Source: a virus. Taken from it: a stretch of DNA of 49,016 nucleotides. Positions within the stretch are counted from its first letter, which is position 1; each line of letters begins with the position of its first letter. Both the position numbers and the translations under genes were made by a program. Shown piece by piece: positions 12,953 to 22,461 of the stretch. The stretch is from IMG/VR virus record IMGVR_UViG_3300045988_021641; one strand, 5' to 3'. The notes beneath the pieces are model-generated. The model ran no database searches, was not told where the DNA came from, and saw only the letters and a list, made by a program, of their open reading frames with translations.

Positions 12953-14362
12953 TTACACCACCTCGCTCTCGACCTTGTGGCTGACAGTCAGGTGGCCGCT
13001 GAATTTGGCGACTTGCGTGTCGTCGAGGGCCTTGTAGGTCGGCTTGACGACGTCCACGCGGAAGGCGCCGGTCAGGTTCTCGCCCCACGAAGGCGAGAGG
13101 ATCCGCTTGCGGAGCTGGTCGGGGTTGATGTCCCGGCCGAGGGCTGTGACTTGCCACTCGTTGTAGCGGTCGATCGCGCCGCCGGTGCCTTCGACGTTGG
13201 CGATCACCTCAGCCTCGCTCTCCGGCGTAGTGTAGTACACGATCTCGATGTCGTAGGTCTCGACCTCCGGGGGCACGGCGCTCACCTTGTCGGTGAGCGG
13301 CCGGATGTCCTTGGCGTTGACCACGTCCAGCACCTTCGCCAGCATGGCAGCGTCGGGGATCCCGCCGCCTTCCAGCAGGGGCACGATCTTGACGCAGCCC
13401 TCCAGCGTGCGGGTGATGATGATGTCGATGCTCTCGGCGGCCGAGAGGCTGCCCTTGAGCGTGATGGTTAGCAGGCCGTCGGTGTAGTCGACGGTGTAGT
13501 CCGTGTCCTTGGCCGCCGCCGCGCTCTGCCCGTGGGCCTTCACGACGAGGCTGTCGGTCAGAAGTGTGCCGCCGCCCTTGAAGGCTTTGCCGTCGTAGAC
13601 CGTGAGGGTCTCGCTGACGGTTTCCTTCTCGCTGACGGCCTTTGCGTCCACGATGGAGCTGTCGGCCGTCATTACCCAGTAGATGTAAGCCTGTTCAGGG
13701 CCCGCGGTGGATCTCTTGGCGGGTGCCAGACGGATCCGCTCGCGGAGGCGGTTGTCGCCCTCGGTGGTGTAGGGCTCGCCGTCATCGCCTCCGGCCGTTT
13801 CGGTCAGATTGGTGACGGACTCGATGTAGGGGATCAGGTCGACGAGGGTGGCGATCGTGCCGGCTGCGTAGCCGTTGAACTTCGTGCCGTTGCTCACGGC
13901 CGAGGTAGGCACCTCCACAGAGTAGGCGCCAGCTTGCAGCACAGCGATCTCGTCGGTCGCAAAATAGTTTTCGCTGTCCGGCGTCACCTTCGTCCACTTC
14001 GGAATGATGATGTTTCTCTCCTGCGGCGTGGAGACAGAGAAGCGCATGGTCGTCTTGGCCGGTGTACCTTCCAGTCGTTTCACGTCCTGCCGCTCGCCGA
14101 TGGCGTCCAGCACCTCGCCCCTCGCATAGCGGAGGAGCGTCTGCCGGCCGACGTCGTTGAGGCTGTTGTAGAGGGCAACGAACACGGGCACGAGAGCCTC
14201 GCCGAAGATCCGGCGCTCGTCGCCCGGGTAGAGCGGCTCGCCGGCGCCCTTTTCGAGCTCGGTGATGATGGTCTTGTATAGGGTGCTCGCGTCTGTCGTG
14301 GTGAGTTTGATGTCCTCGCCGTAGGTGTTTGTCGCGTCGCTCACGCTGTTCACCTCCTTCAT
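12953..14362 (-). CDS. Baseplate J-like protein
   Basis: Size, and position between the gpW-like and gpI-like genes with ATGA coupling. Conserved J-type segments. Confidence 0.82.
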   Translation of the reverse strand: MKEVNSVSDATNTYGEDIKLTTTDASTLYKTIITELEKGAGEPLYPGDERRIFGEALVPVFVALYNSLNDVGRQTLLRYARGEVLDAIGERQDVKRLEGTPAKTTMRFSVSTPQERNIIIPKWTKVTPDSENYFATDEIAVLQAGAYSVEVPTSAVSNGTKFNGYAAGTIATLVDLIPYIESVTNLTETAGGDDGEPYTTEGDNRLRERIRLAPAKRSTAGPEQAYIYWVMTADSSIVDAKAVSEKETVSETLTVYDGKAFKGGGTLLTDSLVVKAHGQSAAAAKDTDYTVDYTDGLLTITLKGSLSAAESIDIIITRTLEGCVKIVPLLEGGGIPDAAMLAKVLDVVNAKDIRPLTDKVSAVPPEVETYDIEIVYYTTPESEAEVIANVEGTGGAIDRYNEWQVTALGRDINPDQLRKRILSPSWGENLTGAFRVDVVKPTYKALDDTQVAKFSGHLTVSHKVESEVV

Positions 14363-14631
14363 GTGATGTTGTCGATGCTGGCCCGCAGCTCGAAGTCGCC
14401 GGCCTGAGCGGTCAGAGCCTTCAGGTCGGAGTCACTGAGCTGCACGCGGGGCTCGTAGGTTTCCACGAGGAACTCCACGTCGGCGGCCAGATCGGTCGCA
14501 GCGGTTTCGCTCGGCTTGTCGATCAGCGTGCGGTCGATCCCTTTGATGCGCTCATAGGGCACCTCCCCGCGGATGGTCTTGAGGAGGTTCTGCACACAGA
14601 TCTCGGGCGCTCCGTTGCCGGATGCTTTCAT
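14359..14631 (-). CDS. Baseplate wedge protein W / gp25-like (90 aa)
   Basis: Internal ATG with a GAGGTG RBS. ICVQNLLKTIRGEVPYERIKGID... resembles GPW/gp25. The long 467-aa track ORF upstream is Arg-rich overprint. Confidence 0.72.
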   Translation of the reverse strand: MKASGNGAPEICVQNLLKTIRGEVPYERIKGIDRTLIDKPSETAATDLAADVEFLVETYEPRVQLSDSDLKALTAQAGDFELRASIDNIT

Positions 14632-14645
14632 GGGATCACCTCGCT

Positions 14646-15200
14646 TTACTTGAGCTGTGCGTTGTTGGGTTTCTTCGCAGCCTTGTCGCTGCTGGATGCT
14701 CCGACGGTGACGGCGCTCAGACGCCGGCCGACGCCGCCAGAGGACGAGACGCCGGCCGCGGACGAACTCTTGCTCGAGCCGCCTGCGCTGGCCTTCTTGC
14801 TGCTGGCCTCCTCGGCGTATTCCGTCAGGTTGATCGTGATCTTGCCCTTCAGGATCCGGCCGAGGTTGTCGAGTGTGGTGTCTGAGAGGCTGACGCCGGT
14901 GAGCTGAAGATTGGCCGGGCCGAAGCGCCGGCCGGCCAGATAGAAGGGGGCGTACTGCCCGACCAGCGACGTCCACGACTCGAACTCTCCCCGGGCGTCG
15001 CCGCCCACGGCAGACGCCAGATCGAAGTCGAAGCTCATGCTTTGCAGCTTGAGCGCCTTGGTCTTGGTGGCCGGGGATCCGGCCTTGTCGTCGCTGTTTT
15101 CTGTGTCGAGCTCGACGCTGGAGGAGACGCCATTCAGGGCGGCGATCCTCTGGCTGGAGACGCCCCACGTCTTGCCGTTCCATGATGCCATGACGGCCAT
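14646..15200 (-). CDS. Tail/baseplate protein, possibly GpU-like, with a Ser-rich C-terminus (184 aa)
   Basis: Clean ORF between the spike and gp25-like genes. The family assignment is tentative. Confidence 0.55.
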   Translation of the reverse strand: MAVMASWNGKTWGVSSQRIAALNGVSSSVELDTENSDDKAGSPATKTKALKLQSMSFDFDLASAVGGDARGEFESWTSLVGQYAPFYLAGRRFGPANLQLTGVSLSDTTLDNLGRILKGKITINLTEYAEEASSKKASAGGSSKSSSAAGVSSSGGVGRRLSAVTVGASSSDKAAKKPNNAQLK

Positions 15201-15212
15201 GTCTATCCCTCC

Positions 15213-15623
15213 TTACTGCGGGCCAGAAGTGCCGCCTCCCATGCTGTCGGTGTGGGTGTGGCCGGTCAGGCTGATGCCCGTGGCGGTCACGTCTGCCGAC
15301 GGGACGCTGATGCCCTTGTCCTGCATCGTGAGCGCGCCCTTCTTGACGGTGATGTCGCCCGGGACGATACCGTCCCACTCTCCGTCCATGCGGGAGAGGA
15401 TGATGCCGGTGCCGTCCTCGAACATAGCATAGGCGACTTCTGTGCCGGGGGTCAGGTTTCCCATCTCTCCGCGCAGATACCACGGGATCGTCAGCGGCCG
15501 TGTGACCATGCTGTCGGCGGTGCTCGGGAGCACTCTGGCCGTAGTTTTGTCGCCGTTCCTGTCGGTCTTTCCCTCCACGCTGGAGATCTTGCCCTTCTGG
15601 ATCATTTGGTTGTTGCTGTTCAT
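15213..15623 (-). CDS. Baseplate spike / assembly protein V (Mu gp45-like, 136 aa)
   Basis: Internal ATG with a GGAGGG RBS. OB-like GKISSVEGK...ARV and C-terminal GHTHTDSMGGGTSGPQ motif. Confidence 0.75.
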   Translation of the reverse strand: MNSNNQMIQKGKISSVEGKTDRNGDKTTARVLPSTADSMVTRPLTIPWYLRGEMGNLTPGTEVAYAMFEDGTGIILSRMDGEWDGIVPGDITVKKGALTMQDKGISVPSADVTATGISLTGHTHTDSMGGGTSGPQ

Positions 15624-16543
15624 CAATATCCCTCCAGTGGCTTGCGGAGGTATAGCTTGCTCCGCGTCTTGACGTAGTCGTGCCGGATCCGGCTGATGAA
15701 GGCCGTGCCGTCCCACGACTTAACGCCTTCGGTCGCCAGCGTGACCACAGAGCCCGCCGCATAGTCTCGCAGCAGCGAGCCCGTCCAGAGGGTGCCGACG
15801 GTCGCGTTCTTGTTGGCGTCCCGGAGGAGGCCCTTGGCGAAGCGGTCGGCCTCGCTCTGGTCAGTCATGCGGAAGGGTAGGATCCGGCGCAGCACCTTGT
15901 CGCCGCCGTTCGGGGCTGCGAAGGTGCCGGTCAGACCGCCGTTGACGGCTTCGGCCGAGCCGTAGGCGTTGGCGCCCTCGTCGCGGTACTCGAAGTCATT
16001 GGCCGGGGTGATGGTGATGGTGTCGACGGGCTGCTGGCTTTCCATGTACGCCTCGTCGTAGACGACCAGCTTGCCGTCATACACCAGAAACGCCGCGCCC
16101 TCGAGGGTGCAGCGGTTTTGAAAAAATGCGAAGTCTGCGAGGTTGTTCTGCTCGACGTAGTCGTAGGTCTGGTCGGTGATCCCGTAGGTCTCGAGCGTCA
16201 GGCCGTGGCGGCCGGCGATCTCCTGAGCCAGTTGCAGGAACTTGACCTTTTCCCACGATTTGCTCCGCTTATCCTTCGCAGACTGCGGGACGGAATAGGC
16301 CCGCAGGGTGATGATGCCGGACTCGGGGACGACGCTCTCGACGAACATTTTGCCCGTCTTGGCAGCGCCGTCCTCGATGGCGATGGTGTCGCCCTTCTTG
16401 GGGTTCCACGAGTCCCACAGCTCGCGGGTGTCGTTGAGCTTGAGCAGCAGCTCGTCGCTCTGCTTTTCGGCGTACATATCGTGATAGCAGCGGTGGACGC
16501 TGACGTCCGGGTAGATGTCGACGCCTTCGTATAGGATCTTCAC
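15623..16543 (-). CDS. Baseplate hub / late control gene D-like protein (306 aa)
   Basis: Position after the LysM/X-like gene and before the spike. XkdQ/gpD-like sequence features. Confidence 0.72.
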   Translation of the reverse strand: MKILYEGVDIYPDVSVHRCYHDMYAEKQSDELLLKLNDTRELWDSWNPKKGDTIAIEDGAAKTGKMFVESVVPESGIITLRAYSVPQSAKDKRSKSWEKVKFLQLAQEIAGRHGLTLETYGITDQTYDYVEQNNLADFAFFQNRCTLEGAAFLVYDGKLVVYDEAYMESQQPVDTITITPANDFEYRDEGANAYGSAEAVNGGLTGTFAAPNGGDKVLRRILPFRMTDQSEADRFAKGLLRDANKNATVGTLWTGSLLRDYAAGSVVTLATEGVKSWDGTAFISRIRHDYVKTRSKLYLRKPLEGY

Positions 16544-16547
16544 GGCG

Positions 16548-16772
16548 TCACCTCCTCCACGGCGGCAGGGTCTCCGGCGTCTCCACGGTCTCGACGATCG
16601 GGATCCGCACAGCCTCGCCGCCCTCGAAGATCAGCACGTCGCTGAGGTCGGGGTTGGCCTCGATGATGGTGCTCGCCATGCGCTCCTCGTTATAGGCGAC
16701 GAGCGCGATGCTGTCGAAGGTGTCGCCGCCCTGCGCCACATAATCAATAAAGCCGACTGTCTGCTGTGACAT
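16548..16772 (-). CDS. LysM-domain tail protein X (74 aa)
   Basis: YVAQGGDTFDSIALVAYNEERMASTIIEANP...EGGEAVRIP is a LysM fold signature. Confidence 0.8.
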   Translation of the reverse strand: MSQQTVGFIDYVAQGGDTFDSIALVAYNEERMASTIIEANPDLSDVLIFEGGEAVRIPIVETVETPETLPPWRR

Positions 16773-18864
16773 AGGCGCCGCCCTCCCTTCTGCTGAGTGC
16801 CTCGAGGATGAAGTCGATGAACTCCGGCTCGAGGTCGCGGAGCTTTCGGATCAGGGCGTCCTCGTCGGTGTCGCCCTCGACCTTGATCTGAGGTGAGAAG
16901 GACAGGCCGCTCAGGTCATAGACCACAGCCGTGCCCGATCCGCTGCTGATGGGCTCGTAGTCGGCCTCGCTGGATGCGCCCAGCATCCGGCCAGCCTCGG
17001 CCCAGTAGGACAGGTTTTGCGAGCGGTACGCAGGGTTGAAGCTGATGACCGCCTCGGTCGGATAGCGCGGATCCTCGCCCGCGATGGACGGGCCACTCGT
17101 GAAGCCGCCGGTCGCATAGCCGGAGACGTTGGCGCTGCCGCCGCCTCCACCTCCAAACAGGCCCGCGATCTTGCTGATGACGCCGGAGCCGAAGCTGACA
17201 ATCTTCGATACCCAGCCGACGATCGTGCCGAGCACGCTTGCGATGGGCTCCAGAATAGCCAGCAGGGGCGAGAGGAGCGGCATGATCGCATTGAGCAGGC
17301 TCACGACCGGGGGCAGCAGGGCCTCGATCAGTTGCATCAGCGGAGGCAGCAGCGGCATGATGACGCTGTTGACGATTTGCAGGGCAACCTCCAGCAGCGG
17401 GGTGATGACCGGCAGCAGCGCGGCGATCAGGTTCGCCAGCACAGGCAGCACAGTCGAGATGATCTGCGTCAGCATCGGGAGCACGGTGGCAAGGATGCTG
17501 GCGATCGGCGGTAGAATAGCCTGAACGATCTGCATGAGCGGCGGGAGTAGCTGCTGTGCGAGGTCGAGCAGAGGCGGCAGGAACGAGCCCACGAGCTGAG
17601 CCAGTAGTGGCAGGATGCCCGCAGCCAGCTCCGTGACCATCGGCATGACCTTCTTCAGGGTGTCGCCCATGCCGACGAGGAAGTCCTGCACAAACGGCAT
17701 ACAAGCGTTGAGCGTGTCGGTGATGACCGGGCTGATTTCCTCGAAGGTGTCGGTCAGGATTGGGGCCAGCGATGTCAGCGTGTTGGCGATCATCGACGCC
17801 ATAGGCAGTAGGGCCACTTCGGCCGACCTCTTGACCGCCTCGAAGGCAGAGCCGAGGTCGTTGTACTTGACGTCGTTGATCTGCTGGAGCGCGGCGGCGC
17901 CGTCATAGGCTGCGGTCTCGATGTCACCGAGCACGGGCAGGATGCCCGCCTCCAGATCCTCGAACTGCGAGCCAAACAGTGCGACGCCGATCTCGTTGCG
18001 CTTGAGAGGATCCTCGAGCTTGTTCAGAGCCTCGACAGTGTCGAAAAATGCAGCCTGCGCGGTCTCGCCGCCGGCTGCAAAGGCCGCGAACATTTTGTCG
18101 GAGTTGAGGCCGAGGCCCTTGAAGGCTTCGGCGCTGCTGTCGCTGCCGTCTTTCGCTCTGATGTTGAACTCCTTGACGGCGTCGGCCACTTTGTCGATGC
18201 TGAACAGGCCGGCGTCAGCGCCTTCCACGAGGGAGCCCATGAACTGGTCGGCGCTCAGGCCGAGGGCCGCAAACTGCGCCGAGTATTCGTTCAGGGTGTC
18301 GAGCAGGTCGCCGTTTTTGTCTGCGCCGTTCTGTGCGCCGGTGGCGATTAGGCCGTAGGCTTCTTCGGCGCTGATGTTGAAGTTTTTCATCAGAGCCGAG
18401 GCGGCTCTGGCGCTTTCACTGATGTCGTAGTCGAAGGTGTCACGCAGCACGAAGCCGGCCGCGGTGGCCTGCTCCAGCGCTTCGCCGGCCAGATCGCTCG
18501 CTTTCTGCGTAGCGGCCAGCCCTTCGGCCACGTCGTTGAAGTCCTCGCCGAGGTTCTGCGCGTAGATGTTTTTTACACTCTCGCCCAGTGCGTCCAGCTC
18601 GTCGCCGGTGGCGCCGGTAGATGCGGAGAGCTGGTTCATGGCTTTGTTGTAGTCGTCGCCCAGCTCTGCCAGATACTTCCCGGCCTCGACGACCGCCTTG
18701 CCCGTCGCCACAGCGATGCCGCCCACGGCAGCACCGACGGCAACGGCCTTCCAGTTTACTTTGTCGAGGTGTCCCGCGACGTTGTCCATCGCCTTCCCGA
18801 GGGAGGGGTCGATGGTGCCGGCGAAGCTGACGACGGCCTGCATGATCTTGTTTTTGCCTGCCAT
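16744..18864 (-). CDS. Tail tape measure protein
   Basis: Long Ala/Leu-rich helical protein with internal LPPL/ILP repeat blocks, located after the G/GT chaperone. The ATG at 18864 is preferred (AGGAGGTG plus 6 nt) over the GTG at 18873. Confidence 0.9.
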   Translation of the reverse strand: MAGKNKIMQAVVSFAGTIDPSLGKAMDNVAGHLDKVNWKAVAVGAAVGGIAVATGKAVVEAGKYLAELGDDYNKAMNQLSASTGATGDELDALGESVKNIYAQNLGEDFNDVAEGLAATQKASDLAGEALEQATAAGFVLRDTFDYDISESARAASALMKNFNISAEEAYGLIATGAQNGADKNGDLLDTLNEYSAQFAALGLSADQFMGSLVEGADAGLFSIDKVADAVKEFNIRAKDGSDSSAEAFKGLGLNSDKMFAAFAAGGETAQAAFFDTVEALNKLEDPLKRNEIGVALFGSQFEDLEAGILPVLGDIETAAYDGAAALQQINDVKYNDLGSAFEAVKRSAEVALLPMASMIANTLTSLAPILTDTFEEISPVITDTLNACMPFVQDFLVGMGDTLKKVMPMVTELAAGILPLLAQLVGSFLPPLLDLAQQLLPPLMQIVQAILPPIASILATVLPMLTQIISTVLPVLANLIAALLPVITPLLEVALQIVNSVIMPLLPPLMQLIEALLPPVVSLLNAIMPLLSPLLAILEPIASVLGTIVGWVSKIVSFGSGVISKIAGLFGGGGGGSANVSGYATGGFTSGPSIAGEDPRYPTEAVISFNPAYRSQNLSYWAEAGRMLGASSEADYEPISSGSGTAVVYDLSGLSFSPQIKVEGDTDEDALIRKLRDLEPEFIDFILEALSRREGGAYVTADSRLY

Positions 18865-18869
18865 CAGTG

Positions 18870-19384
18870 TCACCTCCTTCTGTATTTCCTGAAGTTATTC
18901 CGGGGCATTGAGGCGGCCTTGTCGCGTTGCCGCTTGGCCTCCTCGGCTGCCTCGTAGTATTCCATCAGGAAGTCGGTCAGGCGTTCCCGTCGGAGCTCAC
19001 CGACTGAGGTGTGGAAGGCTCGAGAGTAGTCTCGGACGAGCTCTCCGAGCCGCTTTCCTCGGATTGTGCCGCCGACCTCGCCGTAGTAAAATTTCGGCCG
19101 ATCCTCATAAGCTCCATGACGTCGGGGCCGCTGATGCGCTCGAGGTCGCTGACGTCGATGTCGCTGTTGACGGCGACGATCGCCATCATGGCGAGATAGG
19201 CGTGCAGGGAGTAGTCGAGCTCACAGGCGCCGGCGCTGCCGCCGCCCTTGTTGGAGGTTGCGCGGAGCTTGCGGGCCTCAGCATCGGCAAACATTCCCAC
19301 GGTGATCGCGTCGGTGTCATAGGTCAGAGTCTTGACCTTTTTGCCGTTGATGGTGATGGGGTTCTGGAGTGTCAGCTTTTCCAT
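18870..19384 (-). CDS. Tail assembly chaperone GT, predicted -1 frameshift fusion product
   Basis: After A_AAT_TTT the -1 frame stays open as KFYYGEVGGTIRGKRLGELVRDYSRAFHTSVGELRRERLTDFLMEYYEAAEEAKRQRDKAASMPRNNFRKYRRR*. It ends at 18870, just before the tape measure ATG. Confidence 0.6.
18977..19384 (-). CDS. Tail assembly chaperone G (135 aa)
   Basis: Lies between the tube and tape measure genes. Has an acidic Ser-rich C-terminus and contains the slippery heptamer. Confidence 0.75.
   Translation of the reverse strand: MEKLTLQNPITINGKKVKTLTYDTDAITVGMFADAEARKLRATSNKGGGSAGACELDYSLHAYLAMMAIVAVNSDIDVSDLERISGPDVMELMRIGRNFTTARSAAQSEESGSESSSETTLEPSTPQSVSSDGNA
19088..19094 (-). other. -1 programmed frameshift slippery heptamer A_AAT_TTT
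   Basis: Zero-frame codons cgA AAT TTT fit X_XXY_YYZ. The location and the downstream open -1 frame match the conserved G/GT arrangement. Confidence 0.6.
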
Positions 19385-19397
19385 GTGTGTCTCCTTT

Positions 19398-19432
19398 CGA
19401 TAAATAGAGGGCGCCGCCCGGAGGCGACGCCC
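19398..19432 (-). terminator. Hairpin after the tail tube gene (weak terminator or attenuator)
   Basis: 10-bp GC stem with one mismatch, followed by TCTATTTA on the minus strand. Confidence 0.4.
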
Positions 19433-19438
19433 TTCTTG

Positions 19439-19951
19439 TTACAGGACGCTGCGGATGTCCTTGGCGTAGTCGACGCCGCCGACGCGCATGATGGTGTTGA
19501 GCTGGTCGATCAGCCAGTATTCGTTGCCAGCGACGAAAAGCTGGTAGCGGCTGACGGCCAGCGCGATCTCGTTCTCGCTGGCGTTGCCGGGATCCACGTT
19601 CAGGCCGGGGATGCCCTTGGAGACGCAGCGGAGGAACGCCTTGCAGCCTTCGGTCTTGGTGGAGCCGTCGGAGAGCTTGACGTCCTGCGCCCAGCGGATC
19701 TCGATGGTCTTGCTCGTCAGCTTGACGAGGCTGCGCAGGCCGAGGTCAATGCCGATCTTGGTGATGGATGCCTCCATCGCCTCGATCTGGCCGGGCAGCG
19801 GCGCCGTGTAGGTTCCCATCGCCTTGAAGTCAGCCGTTACAAGGTTGACGGGAGGCAGGGCGATGGTCACGTCCTTGGCGGCGAGAACGCCGTCCACATA
19901 GACGGTATCGGCGAGGATGGGGCCCTTCAGGTCGAGCCACAGGTTTGCCAT
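19439..19951 (-). CDS. Major tail tube protein (P2 FII family)
   Basis: 170 aa, immediately after the sheath gene (ATGA-type coupling). FII-like sequence. Confidence 0.85.
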   Translation of the reverse strand: MANLWLDLKGPILADTVYVDGVLAAKDVTIALPPVNLVTADFKAMGTYTAPLPGQIEAMEASITKIGIDLGLRSLVKLTSKTIEIRWAQDVKLSDGSTKTEGCKAFLRCVSKGIPGLNVDPGNASENEIALAVSRYQLFVAGNEYWLIDQLNTIMRVGGVDYAKDIRSVL

Positions 19952-21462
19952 TACTCGTCACCTCCTTCGTAGTAGACGGAGAAGCCCGCGTCGGTGTAGG
20001 CGACGTAGACGCTCGCAGACTTGAGGGGCGGGGTCGGGGTGACGGCGATGTCCCAGCGGAAGTCGCCATTCATCACGTCGGTGGTGCTGTTCTCGCTCTC
20101 GAGGAACAGGATCACAGGGGATCCGAGCAGCGCGCCCATGCTGACATAGCCGTCGAGCTTCTCCTGCTCGCGGTTGATGATGCGATCCTTCAGTGCGCGG
20201 GTCATGGGCCCGTCGATCTCCGGGCTCCACTCGCGCTGGAAGTCGTTGGTGATGTGCATGAGCATCCGCATGGAGACGTCGAAGATCGCGCGGGGATCCA
20301 CGTCTGCGCCGTAGGTGTAGGCGGCCGTATGGTCGCCCCACAGTACCCATTCGCCGCCCCATGCCACGGCGGTGCTGATGCCGTTCTGCGTCAGCTCCTT
20401 GCCGCTCTGCTGGTCAAAGCCGCGGTTTTTCGCGTTGGCGCCGAAATACTGCTTGATGACGGGGATCGCCTTGTTGCCGCAGGTCTCCATCGGGACGCTT
20501 TTGTGGCTGAAGTCGGCGCGCATGAGCTCGACCACGGCCAGCGTGCTCAGGTGGAACACGTTGCCGAGGTTGTCCACAGCCTGCGGCCAGTAGACCTTAG
20601 AGCGCTCGCCGGTGAAGGCGTTGGCCTTCTTCCATGCGATCGCCTTGGTGATCGTGTCGACCGCCTGCGCGGTGCTGTCCACGAGGGGCAGGTCGGCCAC
20701 GACGAAGGCGTCCCAGTGACCGTTGATCTTCTTGCAGGTCGTCAGCATGGCGTTGTAGACGGCAGGGCTGTGACTCCAGCCGGGGGCCGCGATCAGATTG
20801 CAGACCGCGAACTGCTCGGGATAGAGCAGCGCGATCGCGCTCAGGCCGCTGTACTCGCCGGAGGAGGTGACGCCGCCGATGATGTCGCTGTCTGCGATCT
20901 CAGAGTCGTCCACCTCGCTGAAGCTGGCCGTCAGGCTGCCGGCGAGCTGCGCGTCGTCCTTCAGGCTGGTGATGATGACCGTGCCCTTGGTGAAGTTATA
21001 GTCCACAGCGTAGTCGGTGCCCTCGACGTAGTTGCCGCTGTCATTCTTTGCGATGGTCAGGGTGTCGAGGATGATCTTGTCGCTGGCGAACTCGGCGCGG
21101 CCGCCGGTGAAGGTGAGGGCCTTGGTGGTGGCCGCCTCCTTGCGGTGCTTGCCCGCGGATGGGTCGAGCACATTGATGACGTAGATCGGGCCGATGTTCC
21201 CGAGGGTGTTGTTGAAATGCGCGTACACGGCCTCGCACAGGGTAAAAGTGCCCCAGTCGGACGAGTAGCCGATCTTCTTCTGCGCGTCGACCAGACTGGT
21301 GATCTTGATCGGCGCGTTGATGATGCCGGCCTTGCCGAAGTCGCGCACGAGGTTGACGGGTGCCGTGCCGATATAGACCGGCGTGGTGCCCGCCTGCACG
21401 GCGCTCTGTGCCACGGTCTCGCCGATGTGGCCGTAGGCGCCGTAGAGGTATTCGTTTGCCAT
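19951..21462 (-). CDS. Contractile tail sheath protein (FI family)
   Basis: 503 aa. The N-terminus YLYGAYGHIGETVAQSAVQAGTTPVYIGTAPVN is typical of sheath proteins. Confidence 0.9.
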   Translation of the reverse strand: MANEYLYGAYGHIGETVAQSAVQAGTTPVYIGTAPVNLVRDFGKAGIINAPIKITSLVDAQKKIGYSSDWGTFTLCEAVYAHFNNTLGNIGPIYVINVLDPSAGKHRKEAATTKALTFTGGRAEFASDKIILDTLTIAKNDSGNYVEGTDYAVDYNFTKGTVIITSLKDDAQLAGSLTASFSEVDDSEIADSDIIGGVTSSGEYSGLSAIALLYPEQFAVCNLIAAPGWSHSPAVYNAMLTTCKKINGHWDAFVVADLPLVDSTAQAVDTITKAIAWKKANAFTGERSKVYWPQAVDNLGNVFHLSTLAVVELMRADFSHKSVPMETCGNKAIPVIKQYFGANAKNRGFDQQSGKELTQNGISTAVAWGGEWVLWGDHTAAYTYGADVDPRAIFDVSMRMLMHITNDFQREWSPEIDGPMTRALKDRIINREQEKLDGYVSMGALLGSPVILFLESENSTTDVMNGDFRWDIAVTPTPPLKSASVYVAYTDAGFSVYYEGGDE

Positions 21463-21509
21463 CTGCTTATCCTCCTTTGCATGAAATTAGAGCAGCCGAG
21501 CGGCTGCCC

Positions 21510-22127
21510 TTAAAGCAGGTGTTGGTAGCTTTTCGGGTTGCGGGTCAGGGTCTCCTCGACGGAGAACTCAGCCCATGCAAACCAGTACGGGTAGAAGTCG
21601 GGGACGGCGTCTTGCTCCGTGACGGGGCCGAAGGTGATGCCCTTCTCCTTGATGACGCGGAGGTCGCCGAGGTACTCGGCGTTTTCAATCAGCCGGAGAG
21701 CTGTGTCCACAAAATTCCATGCGTCACGCCAGCCCTCTCCGTTCTTCACGAAGTAGGAGGCCGCCGCCTCGTTGTATTGCTGGATGTAGGTGCCGCTGCC
21801 GTCGCCCTTCGGCTTGAAGATGTCGGGCCCGTGGTAGCCGGGATCCCACGCTGAGAAGCAGAGCCGGATCTTGATGTCTCGGGCACTTTGGAGCAGGTCG
21901 TCGTCGCCCTGAACGATCTGCACGCAGACCGACGGGATCGGCGCGGCGATGTTCGGGGGCGTCCTGTCCTTCGATGGTACGAAAAGCGAGAACGCGGCCG
22001 GGTTTACCAGCTTGTATGGGTAGGAGGCGTCCGTTGCGTTGTCGTCGGGGAGCTTCAGCTTGACCAGAGGGCAGACCTCGGCGGTCAGCCAGTCCCGGAC
22101 GGTTTCGATGCTGTTGACGATGGACAT
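21510..22127 (-). CDS. Hypothetical neck/tail-completion protein (205 aa)
   Basis: Position between the head-completion genes and the sheath. No family recognised. Confidence 0.6.
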   Translation of the reverse strand: MSIVNSIETVRDWLTAEVCPLVKLKLPDDNATDASYPYKLVNPAAFSLFVPSKDRTPPNIAAPIPSVCVQIVQGDDDLLQSARDIKIRLCFSAWDPGYHGPDIFKPKGDGSGTYIQQYNEAAASYFVKNGEGWRDAWNFVDTALRLIENAEYLGDLRVIKEKGITFGPVTEQDAVPDFYPYWFAWAEFSVEETLTRNPKSYQHLL

Positions 22128-22137
22128 GGGGCACCTC

Positions 22138-22461
22138 CTACATGGTGACAGTCTGGCCGAGGGCCACGGTGGCGATCCCCATGTCCTCGCTCCAGTCGTT
22201 GACGATGTACTCGCGGCCGTCGACGTTGAGCCCTTCGCCCGCCGGGCGCCGAGCGGGCAGATCCTCGACCGCCGCGTAAAGCAGCAGAGAGGACTCCGCG
22301 ACGCTCAGCTCTTGCCCCCCTTGGCGTTCTTTCAGGGCGTTGTCGTCCAGCACGGCGGCGATGGCTCTGCCTTCGACGGTGTGCTTCTCACCGAACTCGT
22401 CGAGATTGAGAAACGTGCGCCGACGGTCAGCCTCGACCATCGCCTTGAAGCTGAAGGCCAT
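22138..22461 (-). CDS. Hypothetical head-tail connector protein (107 aa)
   Basis: Assigned by position. Clean ORF with an RBS. Confidence 0.6.
   Translation of the reverse strand: MAFSFKAMVEADRRRTFLNLDEFGEKHTVEGRAIAAVLDDNALKERQGGQELSVAESSLLLYAAVEDLPARRPAGEGLNVDGREYIVNDWSEDMGIATVALGQTVTM

Noticed and set aside
14359-15762. Long minus-strand ORFs or N-terminal extensions in alternative frames. Examples: 14359..15762 (467 aa), 24399..26024 (541 aa), 11703..12614, 10749..11435, 16916..17704, 27176..27820, 37942..38874, 33565..34233, 4195..4722.
   Set aside because: The upstream portions are Arg/Pro-rich overprints of neighbouring genes. Internal starts with strong GGAGG RBSs give products matching known families (gp25-like, ClpP protease, DUF4406, MazG and others).
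16900-17700. Repetitive LPPL/ILPxL segments, considered as a tandem-repeat or CRISPR-like array.
   Set aside because: They are in-frame, degenerate and lie inside the tape measure ORF. There are no spacer-repeat regularities, and such segments are a typical tape-measure feature.
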